A stretch of 64,000 nucleotides of DNA from an uncultured Gemmatimonadales bacterium. GTDB lineage: Bacteria; Gemmatimonadota; Gemmatimonadetes; Longimicrobiales; RSA9. The DNA lies in assembly GCA_963798085.1 (NCBI GenBank), contig CAWCRS010000007.1:1344001-1408000 (forward strand), given 5' to 3'. Position numbers and translations under genes: made by a program. The notes under the pieces are model-generated. The model saw only the letters and a program-made list of their open reading frames with translations, ran no database searches and was not told the origin of the DNA. How positions within the stretch are numbered: position 1 is the stretch's first letter; every line of letters starts with the position of its first letter. Of the stretch, positions 1-11,656 are shown one piece after another.

Positions 1-1
1 C

Positions 2-817
<816 letters not shown>

Positions 818-835
818 CGCCGCGGACAAGGCCGA

Positions 836-1117
836 ATGGTGGTCGGCGTCATTGGCTGGGAACTCGAGGTTTACGGGGCCCAGTCCCTCAAGGAAAAGCG
901 AAGTGTGGTGCGCAGCCTGAAGGAGAGGCTGCGCAACCGCTTCAACCTCTCCGTTGCCGAAACCGGCTTCAACGATCTCTGGCAACGCGCGGAAATCACG
1001 GCCTGCGTCGTCTCGAACGACCGGCGCCAGGCGGATTCCGTCCTCGAAAGCGCGGACCGATTCGTCCAGTCCGACCCGCGCGCCCGCATCATCCGCGCAG
1101 AGCGCAGCTTCCTGTGA
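836..1117 (+). CDS. DUF503 (YlxP-like) protein
   Basis: SLKEKRSVVRSLKERLRNRFNLSVAE motif; conserved position between infB and rbfA. Confidence 0.93.
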   Translation: MVVGVIGWELEVYGAQSLKEKRSVVRSLKERLRNRFNLSVAETGFNDLWQRAEITACVVSNDRRQADSVLESADRFVQSDPRARIIRAERSFL

Positions 1118-1148
1118 CGCCACGCGCTGAAAGCGCCTCGAGCCGCCC

Positions 1149-1538
1149 ATGACTTCCCGACGCACCGAACGCCTCAATGAGCAGTTCAGGCGGGAACTGA
1201 TGGACATCCTGCGTCACGAGTTGCGCGACCCGCGCGTGGGATCCGTGACCGTGACGCAGGTCGAGGTGAGCGCCAACCTCTATCACGCACGGGTTTACCT
1301 CACCACGCTCACGCCAGATGCCGAGCGGGAGCCCATGCTCGAAGGGCTCAGGGCCGCGCGTCCCTTCATCCGGCGCGAGCTGGGCCGCCGCCTGCACATC
1401 CGGCGGGTGCCCGAGATCGACTTCGAATGGGACTCGACGCTCGACCGGGCCCGCCGCATCGAAAAGCTGCTCGCCGAGGTGCGACCCGACGAAGGGCCAG
1501 GGCCTCCGGAGCCGGACGAGCCTCCCGTCGATGAGTGA
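1149..1538 (+). CDS. rbfA: Ribosome-binding factor A
   Basis: RRTERLNE..LRDPR..VTVTQVEVS..RRVPEIDFEWD. Confidence 0.96.
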   Translation: MTSRRTERLNEQFRRELMDILRHELRDPRVGSVTVTQVEVSANLYHARVYLTTLTPDAEREPMLEGLRAARPFIRRELGRRLHIRRVPEIDFEWDSTLDRARRIEKLLAEVRPDEGPGPPEPDEPPVDE

Positions 1539-2412
1539 ACGACCCCGGGCGGGACTGCTTCCGGTGGACAAGCCAGCGGGTCCCACGTCCCATGACGTGG
1601 TGGCGGCTGCACGACGCGCTCTCGGCGAACGGCGCATGGGACACACCGGAACGCTCGATCCGTTTGCCTCCGGCCTGTTGCTGCTGTGCGTGGGCTCCGC
1701 CACCCGACTCGCGGAGTATCTCGGTGACTTCCCCAAGACTTATTGCGCCGTGATGCGCCTGGGTGCCGCCACCGACACGGACGACATCGCGGGTACCGTG
1801 ATCGCCAGCGACAATGCGTGGCGCGCACTCGACGAGCCGGCTCTGCGCCGGGCTCTCAATACACAAGTGGGTGAGATAGACCAGGTGCCGCCCGCCTACT
1901 CGGCCAAGAAACTTGCCGGCGAGCGCGCCTATCGCATGGCCAGGCGAGGCGAGACCGTGGTACTCGACCCGGTCAGGGTCACGGTCCATGCAATCACGAT
2001 CGTCGGATTCCGTTTGCCGGATGTCGAATTCGAAATCACTTGCGGTAGTGGTACCTATATTCGCGCTATTGCAAGAGATATTGGCCTGTGCGTCGGAAGT
2101 CACGCGCACCTCGTGAGCCTGCGCCGCACGTGCATTGGACCGCACCGGGTGGAGACTGCGATCCCGCTCGATTGCCTGACCGATGCCGCTGCAGTGGAGC
2201 GCGCGTGGATTCCGCCGCTGGAGGCAATCGCGCATCTGCCGCTCCTGCGTGTCGAACCGGATCAGGCGACGAAGCTGCTTCATGGCGCCGGCGTGATGGC
2301 GGCGACGTCGTCGCCTGAAGGCCGTGTGGCCGTTGTGTGTGAGGACCGGCTGGTGGCGATCGCGGAGCACCACGGCGGATTGATCAAGCCGCGCAAGGTG
2401 TTCCCCGAATGA
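1531..2412 (+). CDS. truB: tRNA pseudouridine(55) synthase
   Basis: VDKPAGPTSHDVV, GHTGTLDPFASGLL, CGSGTYIR; ATG at 1531 chosen inside the longer ORF. Confidence 0.97.
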   Translation: MSERPRAGLLPVDKPAGPTSHDVVAAARRALGERRMGHTGTLDPFASGLLLLCVGSATRLAEYLGDFPKTYCAVMRLGAATDTDDIAGTVIASDNAWRALDEPALRRALNTQVGEIDQVPPAYSAKKLAGERAYRMARRGETVVLDPVRVTVHAITIVGFRLPDVEFEITCGSGTYIRAIARDIGLCVGSHAHLVSLRRTCIGPHRVETAIPLDCLTDAAAVERAWIPPLEAIAHLPLLRVEPDQATKLLHGAGVMAATSSPEGRVAVVCEDRLVAIAEHHGGLIKPRKVFPE

Positions 2413-3365
2413 CGCAGGACGGTCCGGTCTCGGGCAGTGTGCTGGGTCGCGAAACGGGGACAGCGCTGACGGTCGGTACCTTCAATGGCGTGCACCGCGG
2501 GCATTGGCGCGTGCTGGAAGTGCTGCGCGCCGCGGCGGCGCGTCTGGAGATCCCGAGCGTCGTGGTGACCTTCGATCCGCACCCGCTGGCGGTGGTGCGG
2601 CCGGCAAGCGCACCACGGCTCCTCTGCACGCCGGCCGAGAAGATCGAGGTGCTGGCTGAGTCCGGCGTGACCTACCTGGTGATCCTGCGCTTCGACCGCG
2701 AGCTGGCGAACTATCCGCCGGAGCGCTTCTTCAATGAAATCCTGGTGCGTCGCTTCGGCATGCGGCACCTCGTGATCGGCCACGACCACGGGTTCGGCCG
2801 CGACCGCAGTGGTGACGTCGACACGCTGCGCCGCATGTGTGAAGCGACCGGCATCGGCGTCGAAGTGGTGAGCGCGGTGGCCGACGGCGCCTCCGCGGTT
2901 TCCTCCTCACGCATCCGCGCGGCTCTGGAGCAGGGTGACGTGCTGGCGGCGGCGCAGGGACTCGGCCGGCCCTATGGCCTGCGCGCGCGTGTGGTGCGCG
3001 GCGACGGTCGCGGACGCGGCCTCGGTTTTCCTACCGCCAACCTGCGGGCGCCCGTCGAGGCGAAGCTGCTTCCCATGCCGGGTATTTACGCGGCGCGCAC
3101 ACAACTGGACGGTCGGGCGCTGGATGGCGTCATGCATATCGGTCCGCGACCCACGTTCCCCGGCGCCTCATCCACCGTCGAGCTGCACATTTTCGATTTC
3201 GATGAACCGCTGTATGGCCGTGAGTTGGCCGTGACCTTCTGTGCCCGCCTGCGCGATGTGCAGCGCTTCGAAGACGAGGCCGCGCTGATCCAGGCGATGG
3301 CGGGCGATTGTGAGGCGGCGAGGGCGGTGCTTGCGGCGGGCGCGGGCGCTTGCGGGAAACGGTGA
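2409..3365 (+). CDS. ribF: Bifunctional riboflavin kinase/FAD synthetase
   Basis: GTF(N)[29 protein letters not shown]; the usually invariant D of GxFDG reads N. Confidence 0.96.
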   Translation: MTQDGPVSGSVLGRETGTALTVGTFNGVHRGHWRVLEVLRAAAARLEIPSVVVTFDPHPLAVVRPASAPRLLCTPAEKIEVLAESGVTYLVILRFDRELANYPPERFFNEILVRRFGMRHLVIGHDHGFGRDRSGDVDTLRRMCEATGIGVEVVSAVADGASAVSSSRIRAALEQGDVLAAAQGLGRPYGLRARVVRGDGRGRGLGFPTANLRAPVEAKLLPMPGIYAARTQLDGRALDGVMHIGPRPTFPGASSTVELHIFDFDEPLYGRELAVTFCARLRDVQRFEDEAALIQAMAGDCEAARAVLAAGAGACGKR

Positions 3366-3379
3366 CAGAAGGTTAGTTT
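3350..3379 (+). promoter_or_regulatory. Putative sigma70 promoter of rpsO
   Basis: TTGCGG-N18-TAGTTT upstream of the rpsO leader. Confidence 0.4.
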
Positions 3380-3453
3380 TTTCGGCTGTAATCGGCGGTA
3401 AAAGTCTGGAGCTCAGCTTCCCGACCAGCGAAGACTCTCGAGGAGGCCGGCAC

Positions 3454-3714
3454 GTGGGATTCGACAAGAACGAGATCATCCACAAGTATCAGCTGCACGA
3501 AAACGACCGTGGCAGCGCACCCGTGCAGATCGCGCTGCTCACCGGGCGGATCAACGATCTCACCGACCATTTCCGCATGCACAAGAAGGACCATCACAGC
3601 CGGCGTGGCCTGCTGATGATGGTGGGGAAGCGGCGACGCCTCCTCGAGTACCTGAAGCGGACAGACCTGGATCGATACCGGCAACTGATTGATGAGCTCG
3701 GGCTGCGTCATTGA
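3454..3714 (+). CDS. rpsO: 30S ribosomal protein S15
   Basis: GTG start after SD AGGAGG (3441-3446); [25 protein letters not shown]. Confidence 0.98.
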   Translation: MGFDKNEIIHKYQLHENDRGSAPVQIALLTGRINDLTDHFRMHKKDHHSRRGLLMMVGKRRRLLEYLKRTDLDRYRQLIDELGLRH

Positions 3715-3749
3715 ACGCGCTGTGTCCGATGCCGTCGACCCGGTTTCGT

Positions 3750-3790
3750 GCAGCGCCCGCTCCCCGAGGAGTGCGGCGCTGCTTTCGTTT
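3750..3790 (+). terminator. Intrinsic terminator after rpsO
   Basis: GCAGCGCC(3750-3757)/GGCGCTGC(3775-3782) stem with an inner CTCC/GGAG helix, then TTTCGTTT. Confidence 0.75.
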
Positions 3791-3839
3791 ACGTCATGAA
3801 TGGCGGGCCACTGACGCGCCCGCTGCCAAGCAAGGGTGA

Positions 3840-5945
3840 GTGATGAAGAGAATCGAGCGGAGCTTTGCGGGACGGCCATTGATCCTGGAAACCGGGCGAA
3901 TGGCCAAACAGGCACAGGGTGCGTGCCTGCTGCAGTACGGCGAGACGGTGCTGCTCTGTACGGCGGTGGCGCAGGACTCACCCACGAGTCTGCCATTCTT
4001 CCCGTTGACCGTGGAATACAGGGAGCGCACCTACGCGGCAGGGAAGATTCCGGGCGGGTTCTTCAAGCGGGAGGGCCGGCCGGGCGAGCAGGAGATCCTG
4101 TCCGCCCGTCTTGTGGATCGACCCATCCGGCCGCTCTTCCCCGACGGATTCCTGCACGAGACGCAGATCATGGTGCACGTGCTCTCGGCCGACCAGGAGA
4201 ACGATGCGGACGTGCTTTCGATCGTGGGGACTTCGGTCGCGCTGTGCATGTCGCCGATTCCGTTCCACACGCCGGTTGCCGCCGTCCGCGTGGGCCGCAT
4301 CCAGGGCTCATGGATCCTGAATCCGACGTTCCAGCAGCTCGAATTCAGTGATGTCGACATCGTGGTCGCGGGAACCGAGGAAGCGATCCTGATGGTCGAG
4401 GGTGGCGCCGTGGAGATCCCGGAAGACGACATCGTGGATGCGCTGGTTGCGGCGCACGCGGGCATCCGGGAGCTGGTCGCGTTGCAGAGGGAGTTCCTCG
4501 AGGGACTGCAGCAGCCGGAAATGGCCTGGACGCCCATGGCGGAAGTGCCGGGGCTGGACGCGCGGGTGAAGACGCTGGTGGGCGCTCGCCTCGACGAGAT
4601 CATGTCGCTGGCGGGCAAGTCGGAGCGCAATACGGCGCTGGATGCGCTGCGCGATTCGGTGAAGGCCGCACTGCTGGCGGACTACCCGGACAATGAGGCG
4701 CAGATCTCCGAGCTGCTGTATCGCAGCGAGAAGAGCGCCATGCGCGAGATGATCCTGCAGCAGGGCCGGCGCGCGGATGGACGGCAGGTGGACGAAATCC
4801 GACCCATCACATGCGAAGTCAGCATCCTGCCGCGCACGCACGGGTCAGCGCTGTTCACGCGGGGTCAGACCCAGGCGCTCGGCGTCGCCACCCTGGGCAC
4901 CGCGAACGATGAGCAGCGCATCGATTCCATCGACGTGCCCAATGAGACCACGAAGTCGTTCATGCTGCATTACAACTTCCCGCCCTTCTCGACGGGTGAG
5001 GCCAAGCCGCTGCGCGGCACGTCGCGGCGCGAGCAGGGCCACGGCGCCCTGGCCGAGCGGGCCATCCAGCCCCTGCTGCCGGCGTACGATGAGTTTCCCT
5101 ACACCATTCGCGTGGTGTCGGAAGTGCTCGAGTCGAACGGCTCGTCGTCGATGGCGTCGGTGTGCGCGGCGTCGCTCTCGCTGATGGACGCGGGCGTGCC
5201 ACTGCGCGCCCCCTGCGCCGGCGTGGCCATGGGACTGATCAAGGAAGGCGATCGCGTTGCCGTGCTGACCGACATCCTGGGCATGGAAGACGCCCTCGGC
5301 GACATGGACTTCAAGGTGGCGGGCACACAACAGGGTGTTACCTCCATCCAGATGGACATCAAGATCGAGGGACTGACCGTCGAGATCATGCGCGAGGCGC
5401 TGGAGCGTGCGCGGCGGGGCCGGCTGCACATCCTCGAGCGCATGGCGGAGACGATCACCACGGCCCGGCCGCAGCTGTCGCGCTGGGCGCCGCGCATCAT
5501 CACGGTGCGCATCAACCCCGAGAAGATCGGCGAAGTGATCGGGCCCAAGGGCAAGATGATACGTGCGATCCAGGAAGAGACGGGCGCGCAGATCAACATC
5601 GACGATTCGGGCGTGGTGACCATCGCCAGCGTATCCGGCGAGGGTGGCGAGAAGGCGAAGCAGCGCATCCTCGAGATCGCGACGGAACCGGAAGTCGGGA
5701 AGGTCTACGAGGGCGTGGTGAAGTCGACGACGCAGTTTGGCGCCTTCATCGAGATCCTGCCGGGCGTGGAGGCGCTCTGCCACATCTCGGAGCTGCAACA
5801 GGGGCGCACGGAAAAAACCGAAGACGTGGTGCGCAAGGGTGATGTCGTGCGCGTCAAGCTGATCTCCATCGACGACAAGGGCCGGCTGCGGCTTTCGCGC
5901 AAGGCCGTGCTGGCCGAGGGAGCGGGCAGCGCGGAGACGGGGTGA
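3840..5945 (+). CDS. pnp: Polyribonucleotide nucleotidyltransferase (PNPase)
   Basis: FFPLTVEY, GKIPGGFFKREG, ESNGSSSMASVC, GDMDFKVAGT; KH and S1 domains. Confidence 0.99.
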   Translation: MMKRIERSFAGRPLILETGRMAKQAQGACLLQYGETVLLCTAVAQDSPTSLPFFPLTVEYRERTYAAGKIPGGFFKREGRPGEQEILSARLVDRPIRPLFPDGFLHETQIMVHVLSADQENDADVLSIVGTSVALCMSPIPFHTPVAAVRVGRIQGSWILNPTFQQLEFSDVDIVVAGTEEAILMVEGGAVEIPEDDIVDALVAAHAGIRELVALQREFLEGLQQPEMAWTPMAEVPGLDARVKTLVGARLDEIMSLAGKSERNTALDALRDSVKAALLADYPDNEAQISELLYRSEKSAMREMILQQGRRADGRQVDEIRPITCEVSILPRTHGSALFTRGQTQALGVATLGTANDEQRIDSIDVPNETTKSFMLHYNFPPFSTGEAKPLRGTSRREQGHGALAERAIQPLLPAYDEFPYTIRVVSEVLESNGSSSMASVCAASLSLMDAGVPLRAPCAGVAMGLIKEGDRVAVLTDILGMEDALGDMDFKVAGTQQGVTSIQMDIKIEGLTVEIMREALERARRGRLHILERMAETITTARPQLSRWAPRIITVRINPEKIGEVIGPKGKMIRAIQEETGAQINIDDSGVVTIASVSGEGGEKAKQRILEIATEPEVGKVYEGVVKSTTQFGAFIEILPGVEALCHISELQQGRTEKTEDVVRKGDVVRVKLISIDDKGRLRLSRKAVLAEGAGSAETG

Positions 5946-7180
5946 CGGAGACATACCAGCGCACCGACCTGGATGGCGGGTTGGTGGTGCTGACGGAACC
6001 GATCGCCGGCGTCCGTTCCGTCACTACGGGCGTGTGGGTGCGGGCGGGTTCCGTGCACGAGCAGCGCGATGAGATGGGTGCGAGCCATCTCCTCGAGCAC
6101 ATGGTTTTCAAGGCCACGCGCCGGCGCAGCGCGCGCGAGATCGCCCTGGTGCTGGAGCGCGTGGGCGGCTCGCTCGACGCCTACACCACGCGCGAACACA
6201 CCAGTTATCAGGCGAGAGTGCTGGACGAGTTCGCCGACCTGGCGTACGAGGTGCTCGCGGACCTGGTGCTCGACCCGCTGCTCCGGCCCGAAGACCTGGA
6301 GCTGGAGCGGGAAGTGGTGCTGGAGGAGATCTCGACGGTCGAGGACACGCCGGACGATCTGATCTTCGACCTGCACGCCACGCAGCTCTGGGGCGAGCAC
6401 CCGTACGGGTTCAGTGTGCTGGGCACGCGGGACACGGTGGGGCGCATGACCGCGGAAGCGCTGCGGCGCGCGCACGAGAGCGGGTACCGCCGGCCCAATC
6501 TGGTGCTGGCCGCGGTGGGCAACGTCGAGCACGCCCGCTTCGTGGAGCGCATTAACGAGCTGTTTGCGGGAGCGCCGTTCGGCACCCGCAACGGCCACCC
6601 CGGCGTGCCCGCGGATGTCTCGCCCGCGCGAACGGCCGTAGCGCGCGACAGTGCCCAGACGCATCTGGTGCTGGGCACGCGCACGTTCGGCCACAGCGAC
6701 CGCCGGCGCTACGCGCTCGTGCTGCTGTCCAACGCGCTCGGTGGAGGCATGAGTTCCCGCCTGTTCCAGCGCGTGCGGGAGGAGCTGGGCCTGGCGTACT
6801 CGGTCTTCTCCTTCCAGTCCTTCTACGGCCAGGGCGGGTCGGTAGGTACCTATGTGGGTACGCGTCCCGAGTGGGTGGACCGGGCGCAGGACGTGATCGA
6901 GCAGGAGCTGCGCCGCCTGGCGGCGCACGGGCTGGAAGCGGAAGAACTGGCCGACGTGAAAGGTCAGGTGAAGGGGCAGCTGGCACTCTCACTCGAATCG
7001 AGCGGAGCCCGCCTGAATCGAGTCGTTGGCACCGCGCTGTTCGAGGAGCCGTTCCGGAGCATCGAGCAGGTGATTGCAGAAGTCGACGCCGTGACCCTGG
7101 ATGACATCGCCGCGCTGGCTGCGGAGTTCTATCAGCCGGAGCGCCAATCGGTGATCCGGCTGGGTCCGGCCGAAGCCTGA
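5942..7180 (+). CDS. M16 family (pitrilysin-like) zinc peptidase
   Basis: HLLEH (HxxEH), LGGGMSSRLFQRVREELGLAYSV. Confidence 0.95.
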   Translation: MTETYQRTDLDGGLVVLTEPIAGVRSVTTGVWVRAGSVHEQRDEMGASHLLEHMVFKATRRRSAREIALVLERVGGSLDAYTTREHTSYQARVLDEFADLAYEVLADLVLDPLLRPEDLELEREVVLEEISTVEDTPDDLIFDLHATQLWGEHPYGFSVLGTRDTVGRMTAEALRRAHESGYRRPNLVLAAVGNVEHARFVERINELFAGAPFGTRNGHPGVPADVSPARTAVARDSAQTHLVLGTRTFGHSDRRRYALVLLSNALGGGMSSRLFQRVREELGLAYSVFSFQSFYGQGGSVGTYVGTRPEWVDRAQDVIEQELRRLAAHGLEAEELADVKGQVKGQLALSLESSGARLNRVVGTALFEEPFRSIEQVIAEVDAVTLDDIAALAAEFYQPERQSVIRLGPAEA

Positions 7181-7199
7181 ACCCATTCGAGCGAACCCC

Positions 7200-8313
7200 A
7201 TGAACATCGGCGTTCCCAGAGAGATCAAATCGAACGAGAACCGCGTGGCACTGGTGCCGGGCGGTGCTCGAAGCCCTGACGCAGGTGGGGCACAACGTGC
7301 TGGTGGAGCAGGGCGCCGGCATCGGCAGCGGCTTCGAGGACCAGAGCTACATCGACGCCGGCGCGCAGATCGTGCCGACGGCGGCCGACGTCTGGTCGCA
7401 GGCCGAGATGATCCTGAAGGTGAAGGAGCCCATCGAGTCCGAATGGCCGCGGCTGCGGCGTGACCAGCTGGTGTTTACCTACTTCCACTTCGCCGCCTCG
7501 GAGCCGCTGACGCGCGCCGTGATGGACTCCGGCTGCATCGCCATTGCCTACGAGACTGTACAGCTGGCCAATGGCGAGCTGCCCCTGCTGACGCCCATGA
7601 GCGAGGTGGCCGGACGCATGGCTGTACAGGAGGGCGCCAAATACCTCGAGAAGTTCTTCGGCGGACGCGGCATCCTCGTGGGTGGTGTGCCGGGCGTGGA
7701 GCCCGCCTCCGTGGTGATCCTGGGTGGTGGCATCGTGGGGTCGAACGCGGCCCGCATGGCAGCAGGTCTCGGCGCCCGTGTGGTCCTCCTCGATCTGTCG
7801 CTCAACCGGCTGCGCTACCTTGCCGACGTCATGCCCGCCAATGTCACGCTGCTCTACTCCGATCGCACCAACATCCTCGAGCAGATCAGCAAGGCCGACA
7901 TCGTCATCGGGGCCGTGCTGCTGCCGGGCGCCAAGGCGCCGCACCTCATCCGGCGGGGCGACCTGAAGCGCATGCGCCCCGGCTCCGTCATTGTGGATGT
8001 GGCTGTGGACCAGGGCGGCTGCGTGGAGACCATCCATCCCACCACGCACGACGACCCGATCTACGTCGTCGACGGCGTGATCCACTACGGTGTGGCCAAC
8101 ATGCCCGGCGCGGTGTCGCGGACATCGACACTGGCGCTGACCAACGCCACGTTCCCCTACACCATGACGCTCGCCAACAAGGGCTGGCGCAACGCGTGCC
8201 GGACCGATCGAGCGCTGGCGCTCGGCCTGAACATCATTGGCGGCAAGATCACGTATCCGGGCGTGGCCGAGGCATTCGGTCTGGAGTGCGTGGCGGTCGA
8301 AACGCTCCTCTGA
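7200..8313 (+). CDS. ald: Alanine dehydrogenase (+1 frameshift near 7267, probably a sequencing error)
   Basis: [18 protein letters not shown] in one frame; [24 protein letters not shown] and VANMPGAV in the next. Confidence 0.95.
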
Positions 8314-8333
8314 GCGAGCGCGGAGCGAGCGCA

Positions 8334-8783
8334 GTGGAGCCGACGCGAGTCCTGGTACAGCGGCTCGAGAACTACCCGGCGGACTGGCCGCTGCCGGCGT
8401 ACGCGACAGCCGGTTCTGCCGCGGTGGATCTGCGTAATGCCGGGCCCGCGGTAGAGCTGCCCTCGCTCGGCAGGCACCTTGTGCCGACCGGCCTCGCCAT
8501 CGCGCTGCCGGTGGACACGGAAGCGCAGATCCGGCCGCGCTCCGGGCTGGCGCTGAATCGCGGCATCAGCATCGTCAACACGCCGTGCACCATCGACAGC
8601 GACTATCGCGGCGAGATCCGCATCCCGCTGATCAATCTGGACCGCTCGCCGCAACGCATCGAACACGGCGAGCGGATCGCGCAGCTGCTGGTGGCGCGTG
8701 TCGTGCGCATCGAATGGCAGCCCGCCGACGCGCTGCCTTCGAGCGAGCGAGGCGCAGGCGGCTTCGGCAGCACGGGTCGCTGA
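8334..8783 (+). CDS. dut: dUTP diphosphatase
   Basis: GSAAVDL, QIRPRSGLA, TIDSDYRGE, RGAGGFGSTG. Confidence 0.96.
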   Translation: MEPTRVLVQRLENYPADWPLPAYATAGSAAVDLRNAGPAVELPSLGRHLVPTGLAIALPVDTEAQIRPRSGLALNRGISIVNTPCTIDSDYRGEIRIPLINLDRSPQRIEHGERIAQLLVARVVRIEWQPADALPSSERGAGGFGSTGR

Positions 8784-8843
8784 GCAATTCCTGCTGCACG
8801 CAATCGGTTGTCGCGCCGACACTGTAAACTGGATTTGCGCGTG

Positions 8844-8872
8844 TTGCTGCTGCCAATGCGCGCCGTTAGTTT
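8844..8872 (+). promoter_or_regulatory. Putative sigma70 promoter of mreB
   Basis: TTGCTG-N17-TAGTTT; same -10 hexamer as the rpsO candidate. Confidence 0.45.
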
Positions 8873-8961
8873 TCCACACGGCCGGAAGCTATGATCTCGC
8901 AGGGAGATAGGCCGGCGGCGGGTAATCGGTCGGCTCATGATGAGCCGGGCCACGGGGTGCC

Positions 8962-9999
8962 ATGGGACTGAGGGAATTTCTGGGTGCCGGATTGCTCCCG
9001 GTCAACGACATTGCGGTTGACCTCGGCACAGCGAATACACTGGTGTACGTGAAGGGCGAAGGAATCGTCCTGAACGAGCCGAGTGTGGTGGCACTGGAGC
9101 GGGGCACGGGCCGACCGAAGGGAATCGGTCTGGAAGCGAAGCGCATGCTGGGTCGCACGCCCGACAGCATCCACGCGGTGCGACCGTTGAAGGATGGCGT
9201 GATCGCCGATGTCGATCTCACCGAGATCATGCTGCGCCATTTCCTCAAACAGGTCACTAACAAGCGCATCTTCCGCATGCGTCCGCGCGTGGTGGTGGGC
9301 GTGCCGTCCGGCATCACGGAGCTGGAACGGCGGGCGGTGCGCTCGAGCGCGACCGCGGCCGGCGCCAAGGAAGTGTACATGGTGGCGGAGCCAATGGCCG
9401 CCGCCATCGGTGTGGGGCTGCCGGTGGACACGCCCACGGGCAACATGGTGATCGACATCGGCGGCGGTACGACGGAAATCGCGGTGATCGCGCTGAACGG
9501 CATCGTCGCCGACACATCCATCCGCGTGGGTGGCGACGAGATCGACCTCGCCATTGTCACGTTCCTGCGCAAGAACTACAACCTGCTGATCGGCGAGCCG
9601 ACGGCGGAGGCCATCAAGATCCAGATCGGTTCCGCGTTCAACACGGGTGATGAGCGCGAGATGGAGGTGAAGGGACGCGATCTGGTGAGCGGCATTCCCA
9701 AGACGGTGCGCGTGCACTCGCAGGAGATCCGCGAGTGCATCCAGGAGCCCATTCAGCAGATCGTGGACGCGGTGCGGCGTGCGCTGGAGATCACACCACC
9801 CGAGCTGGCATCGGACATTGTCGACCGCGGTATCGTCATGACGGGCGGCGGCGCGCTGATCCGGGGTCTGGATGCGCTGCTGATGCACGAGACCAGTCTG
9901 CCCATTCACGTGGATGAGGAGCCGCTGACCTGTGTCGTGCGGGGCGCGGGCCGCATCCTCGATGAATTCGAGCGTTTCCGCACGGTGCTGAACGCGTAG
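8962..9999 (+). CDS. mreB: Rod shape-determining protein MreB
   Basis: [34 protein letters not shown]. Confidence 0.99.
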   Translation: MGLREFLGAGLLPVNDIAVDLGTANTLVYVKGEGIVLNEPSVVALERGTGRPKGIGLEAKRMLGRTPDSIHAVRPLKDGVIADVDLTEIMLRHFLKQVTNKRIFRMRPRVVVGVPSGITELERRAVRSSATAAGAKEVYMVAEPMAAAIGVGLPVDTPTGNMVIDIGGGTTEIAVIALNGIVADTSIRVGGDEIDLAIVTFLRKNYNLLIGEPTAEAIKIQIGSAFNTGDEREMEVKGRDLVSGIPKTVRVHSQEIRECIQEPIQQIVDAVRRALEITPPELASDIVDRGIVMTGGGALIRGLDALLMHETSLPIHVDEEPLTCVVRGAGRILDEFERFRTVLNA

Positions 10000-10198
10000 T
10001 GAACCCGTGCGGATCCACCACGAGGTTCGCTGGCATGTCAGGCGAGCTGTGCTTCCGCATCGCTGTTGCGCGGCCCATGCGTCCGCCGGGTGGGCCCGCG
10101 CCTGCGCCTCCAAACATTCTGTTAGAGCAGCCGCGCCTCTGTCGCGCGTGCCCGGAGCGCCCAGGGCGTTCCCCGCGCGCACCGTCCTGGATGTCTGA

Positions 10199-11089
10199 GT
10201 GCCGGACCTGAGCGGGACCCGCAGACGGCGACGGCGCGATACCGCCCTGGCGATCAGCATTCTGCTGTTCGCTTTTTTGCTGCTGTTCGGACCCACACCG
10301 TGGAGCCGGCCGGTGCGCGAAGTGCTGCGCAGCACCGTGCTGCACCCGTTCGTGGCGGTGCGCCGCTGGGTGGCCACACGGCGCTCGGAACGCGAAAACC
10401 TGCAGGTGGTGCGGGCGCAGCGCGATTCGCTGGCGGCCGTGGCCGCGGCGCAGGCCGTGCTGGCCGAGGAGAACGGGCGGCTGCGCGCGCTGCTCGAGCT
10501 GCGCCAGCGCGCGGGCACGCGCTACCGCGCCGCGCAGATGCTGCGCCTGGGCACGGACGCAGCGGACGGCACGTTTCTCATCGATGCCGGCAGCGCGGAG
10601 GGTGTAGGCGTGGGCAGCCCCGTGTTCACGGTGGGCGGACTGGTCGGCGTTGTGCGTGAGGTGCACCGCCACAGCGCCGAAGCCATTGACTGGACCTACC
10701 CGGAATTCCGCGTGAGCGGCATGACCGCGGATGGTCAGGTGTACGGCATTGTGGCCCCGCGGCGAGGTGCGTTCCGCGAACAGGATCTGCTGGAAATGAC
10801 GGGCGCGCCGTTCCACAGTGATGTGCGACCGGGGAGTCGCATCGTCACGTCGGGACGTGGCGAAGTGTTTCCGCGGGGCATCCCGATCGGCGAGGTCGTG
10901 CAGATCGAGGACGCGGACACGGGCTGGCGCAAGAGCTATATCCTGAGGCCGGCCGTGCGGCCGGAAGCGGCCACGCAGGTGCTGGTGGGCACCGGCGAGG
11001 ATGCGGCGGACCTGTCCGAGGTCTGGGAAGTGCCACCGGCCGGCAAACAGAATGCCGCGCGGCCGGACACTGCCGGTCACGAACCCTGA
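10199..11089 (+). CDS. mreC: Rod shape-determining protein MreC
   Basis: N-terminal TM helix, coiled coil EENGRLRALL, IVTSGRGEVFPRGIPIG. Confidence 0.93.
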   Translation: MPDLSGTRRRRRRDTALAISILLFAFLLLFGPTPWSRPVREVLRSTVLHPFVAVRRWVATRRSERENLQVVRAQRDSLAAVAAAQAVLAEENGRLRALLELRQRAGTRYRAAQMLRLGTDAADGTFLIDAGSAEGVGVGSPVFTVGGLVGVVREVHRHSAEAIDWTYPEFRVSGMTADGQVYGIVAPRRGAFREQDLLEMTGAPFHSDVRPGSRIVTSGRGEVFPRGIPIGEVVQIEDADTGWRKSYILRPAVRPEAATQVLVGTGEDAADLSEVWEVPPAGKQNAARPDTAGHEP

Positions 11090-11107
11090 GTCGCTGCGAG
11101 GCGTGAG

Positions 11108-11587
11108 TTGCGACCGGGAGCTTTCGCGGTATTCGTCGCCTGTCTCGTTGTCCTGCACTTCCTCCTGCACATCGGATTCGGACTGGGCCTGGGCGCGCCC
11201 GATTTCCTGGCCGTGGCCGTGCTGCTGGCGGCCCGGCGTACGAGCGCGACGAAAGGAGCGCTGCTGGGTCTGCTGCTTGGATTCCTGGACGATGCGCTGG
11301 GCATCAGGAATCTGGGCGCGCGCTCGCTGGCGCTGGGACTGGCCGCCGTGCTGGGTACCTGGTCGCGGCGCGTCGTCGAAGGCGATGGTCTGCTCTTCAT
11401 CTGGGCGTACCTTTTCGCGGGCAAATGGCTGAGCGACATCGCGCTGCGCATCATCGCGCCGGTGCTGGACGTGCCCGATACGCTGCTGCGGCTGATCACG
11501 GTGGCGCCCATCGCGGCGGCCTACACGGCGCTGGCGGGCGTGCTCGCTTTCCACGCCTTTCGTTCCCTGATGGGCCCTGATGCGTGA
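11108..11587 (+). CDS. mreD: Rod shape-determining protein MreD
   Basis: Hydrophobic 159-aa protein with APDFL and GLLLGFLDD, directly after mreC; TTG start. Confidence 0.85.
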   Translation: MRPGAFAVFVACLVVLHFLLHIGFGLGLGAPDFLAVAVLLAARRTSATKGALLGLLLGFLDDALGIRNLGARSLALGLAAVLGTWSRRVVEGDGLLFIWAYLFAGKWLSDIALRIIAPVLDVPDTLLRLITVAPIAAAYTALAGVLAFHAFRSLMGPDA

Positions 11588-11656
11588 GCCTGAGAGGGCG
11601 GAACCCGGCTGCGGCGCCGGGTACATCGGTCCAGTCTTCGTGACGCGAGGTAGACG

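Noticed and set aside
10000..10198. ncRNA or small protein in the mreB-mreC spacer
   Set aside because: Only weak GC-rich hairpins and unconvincing short ORFs are present.
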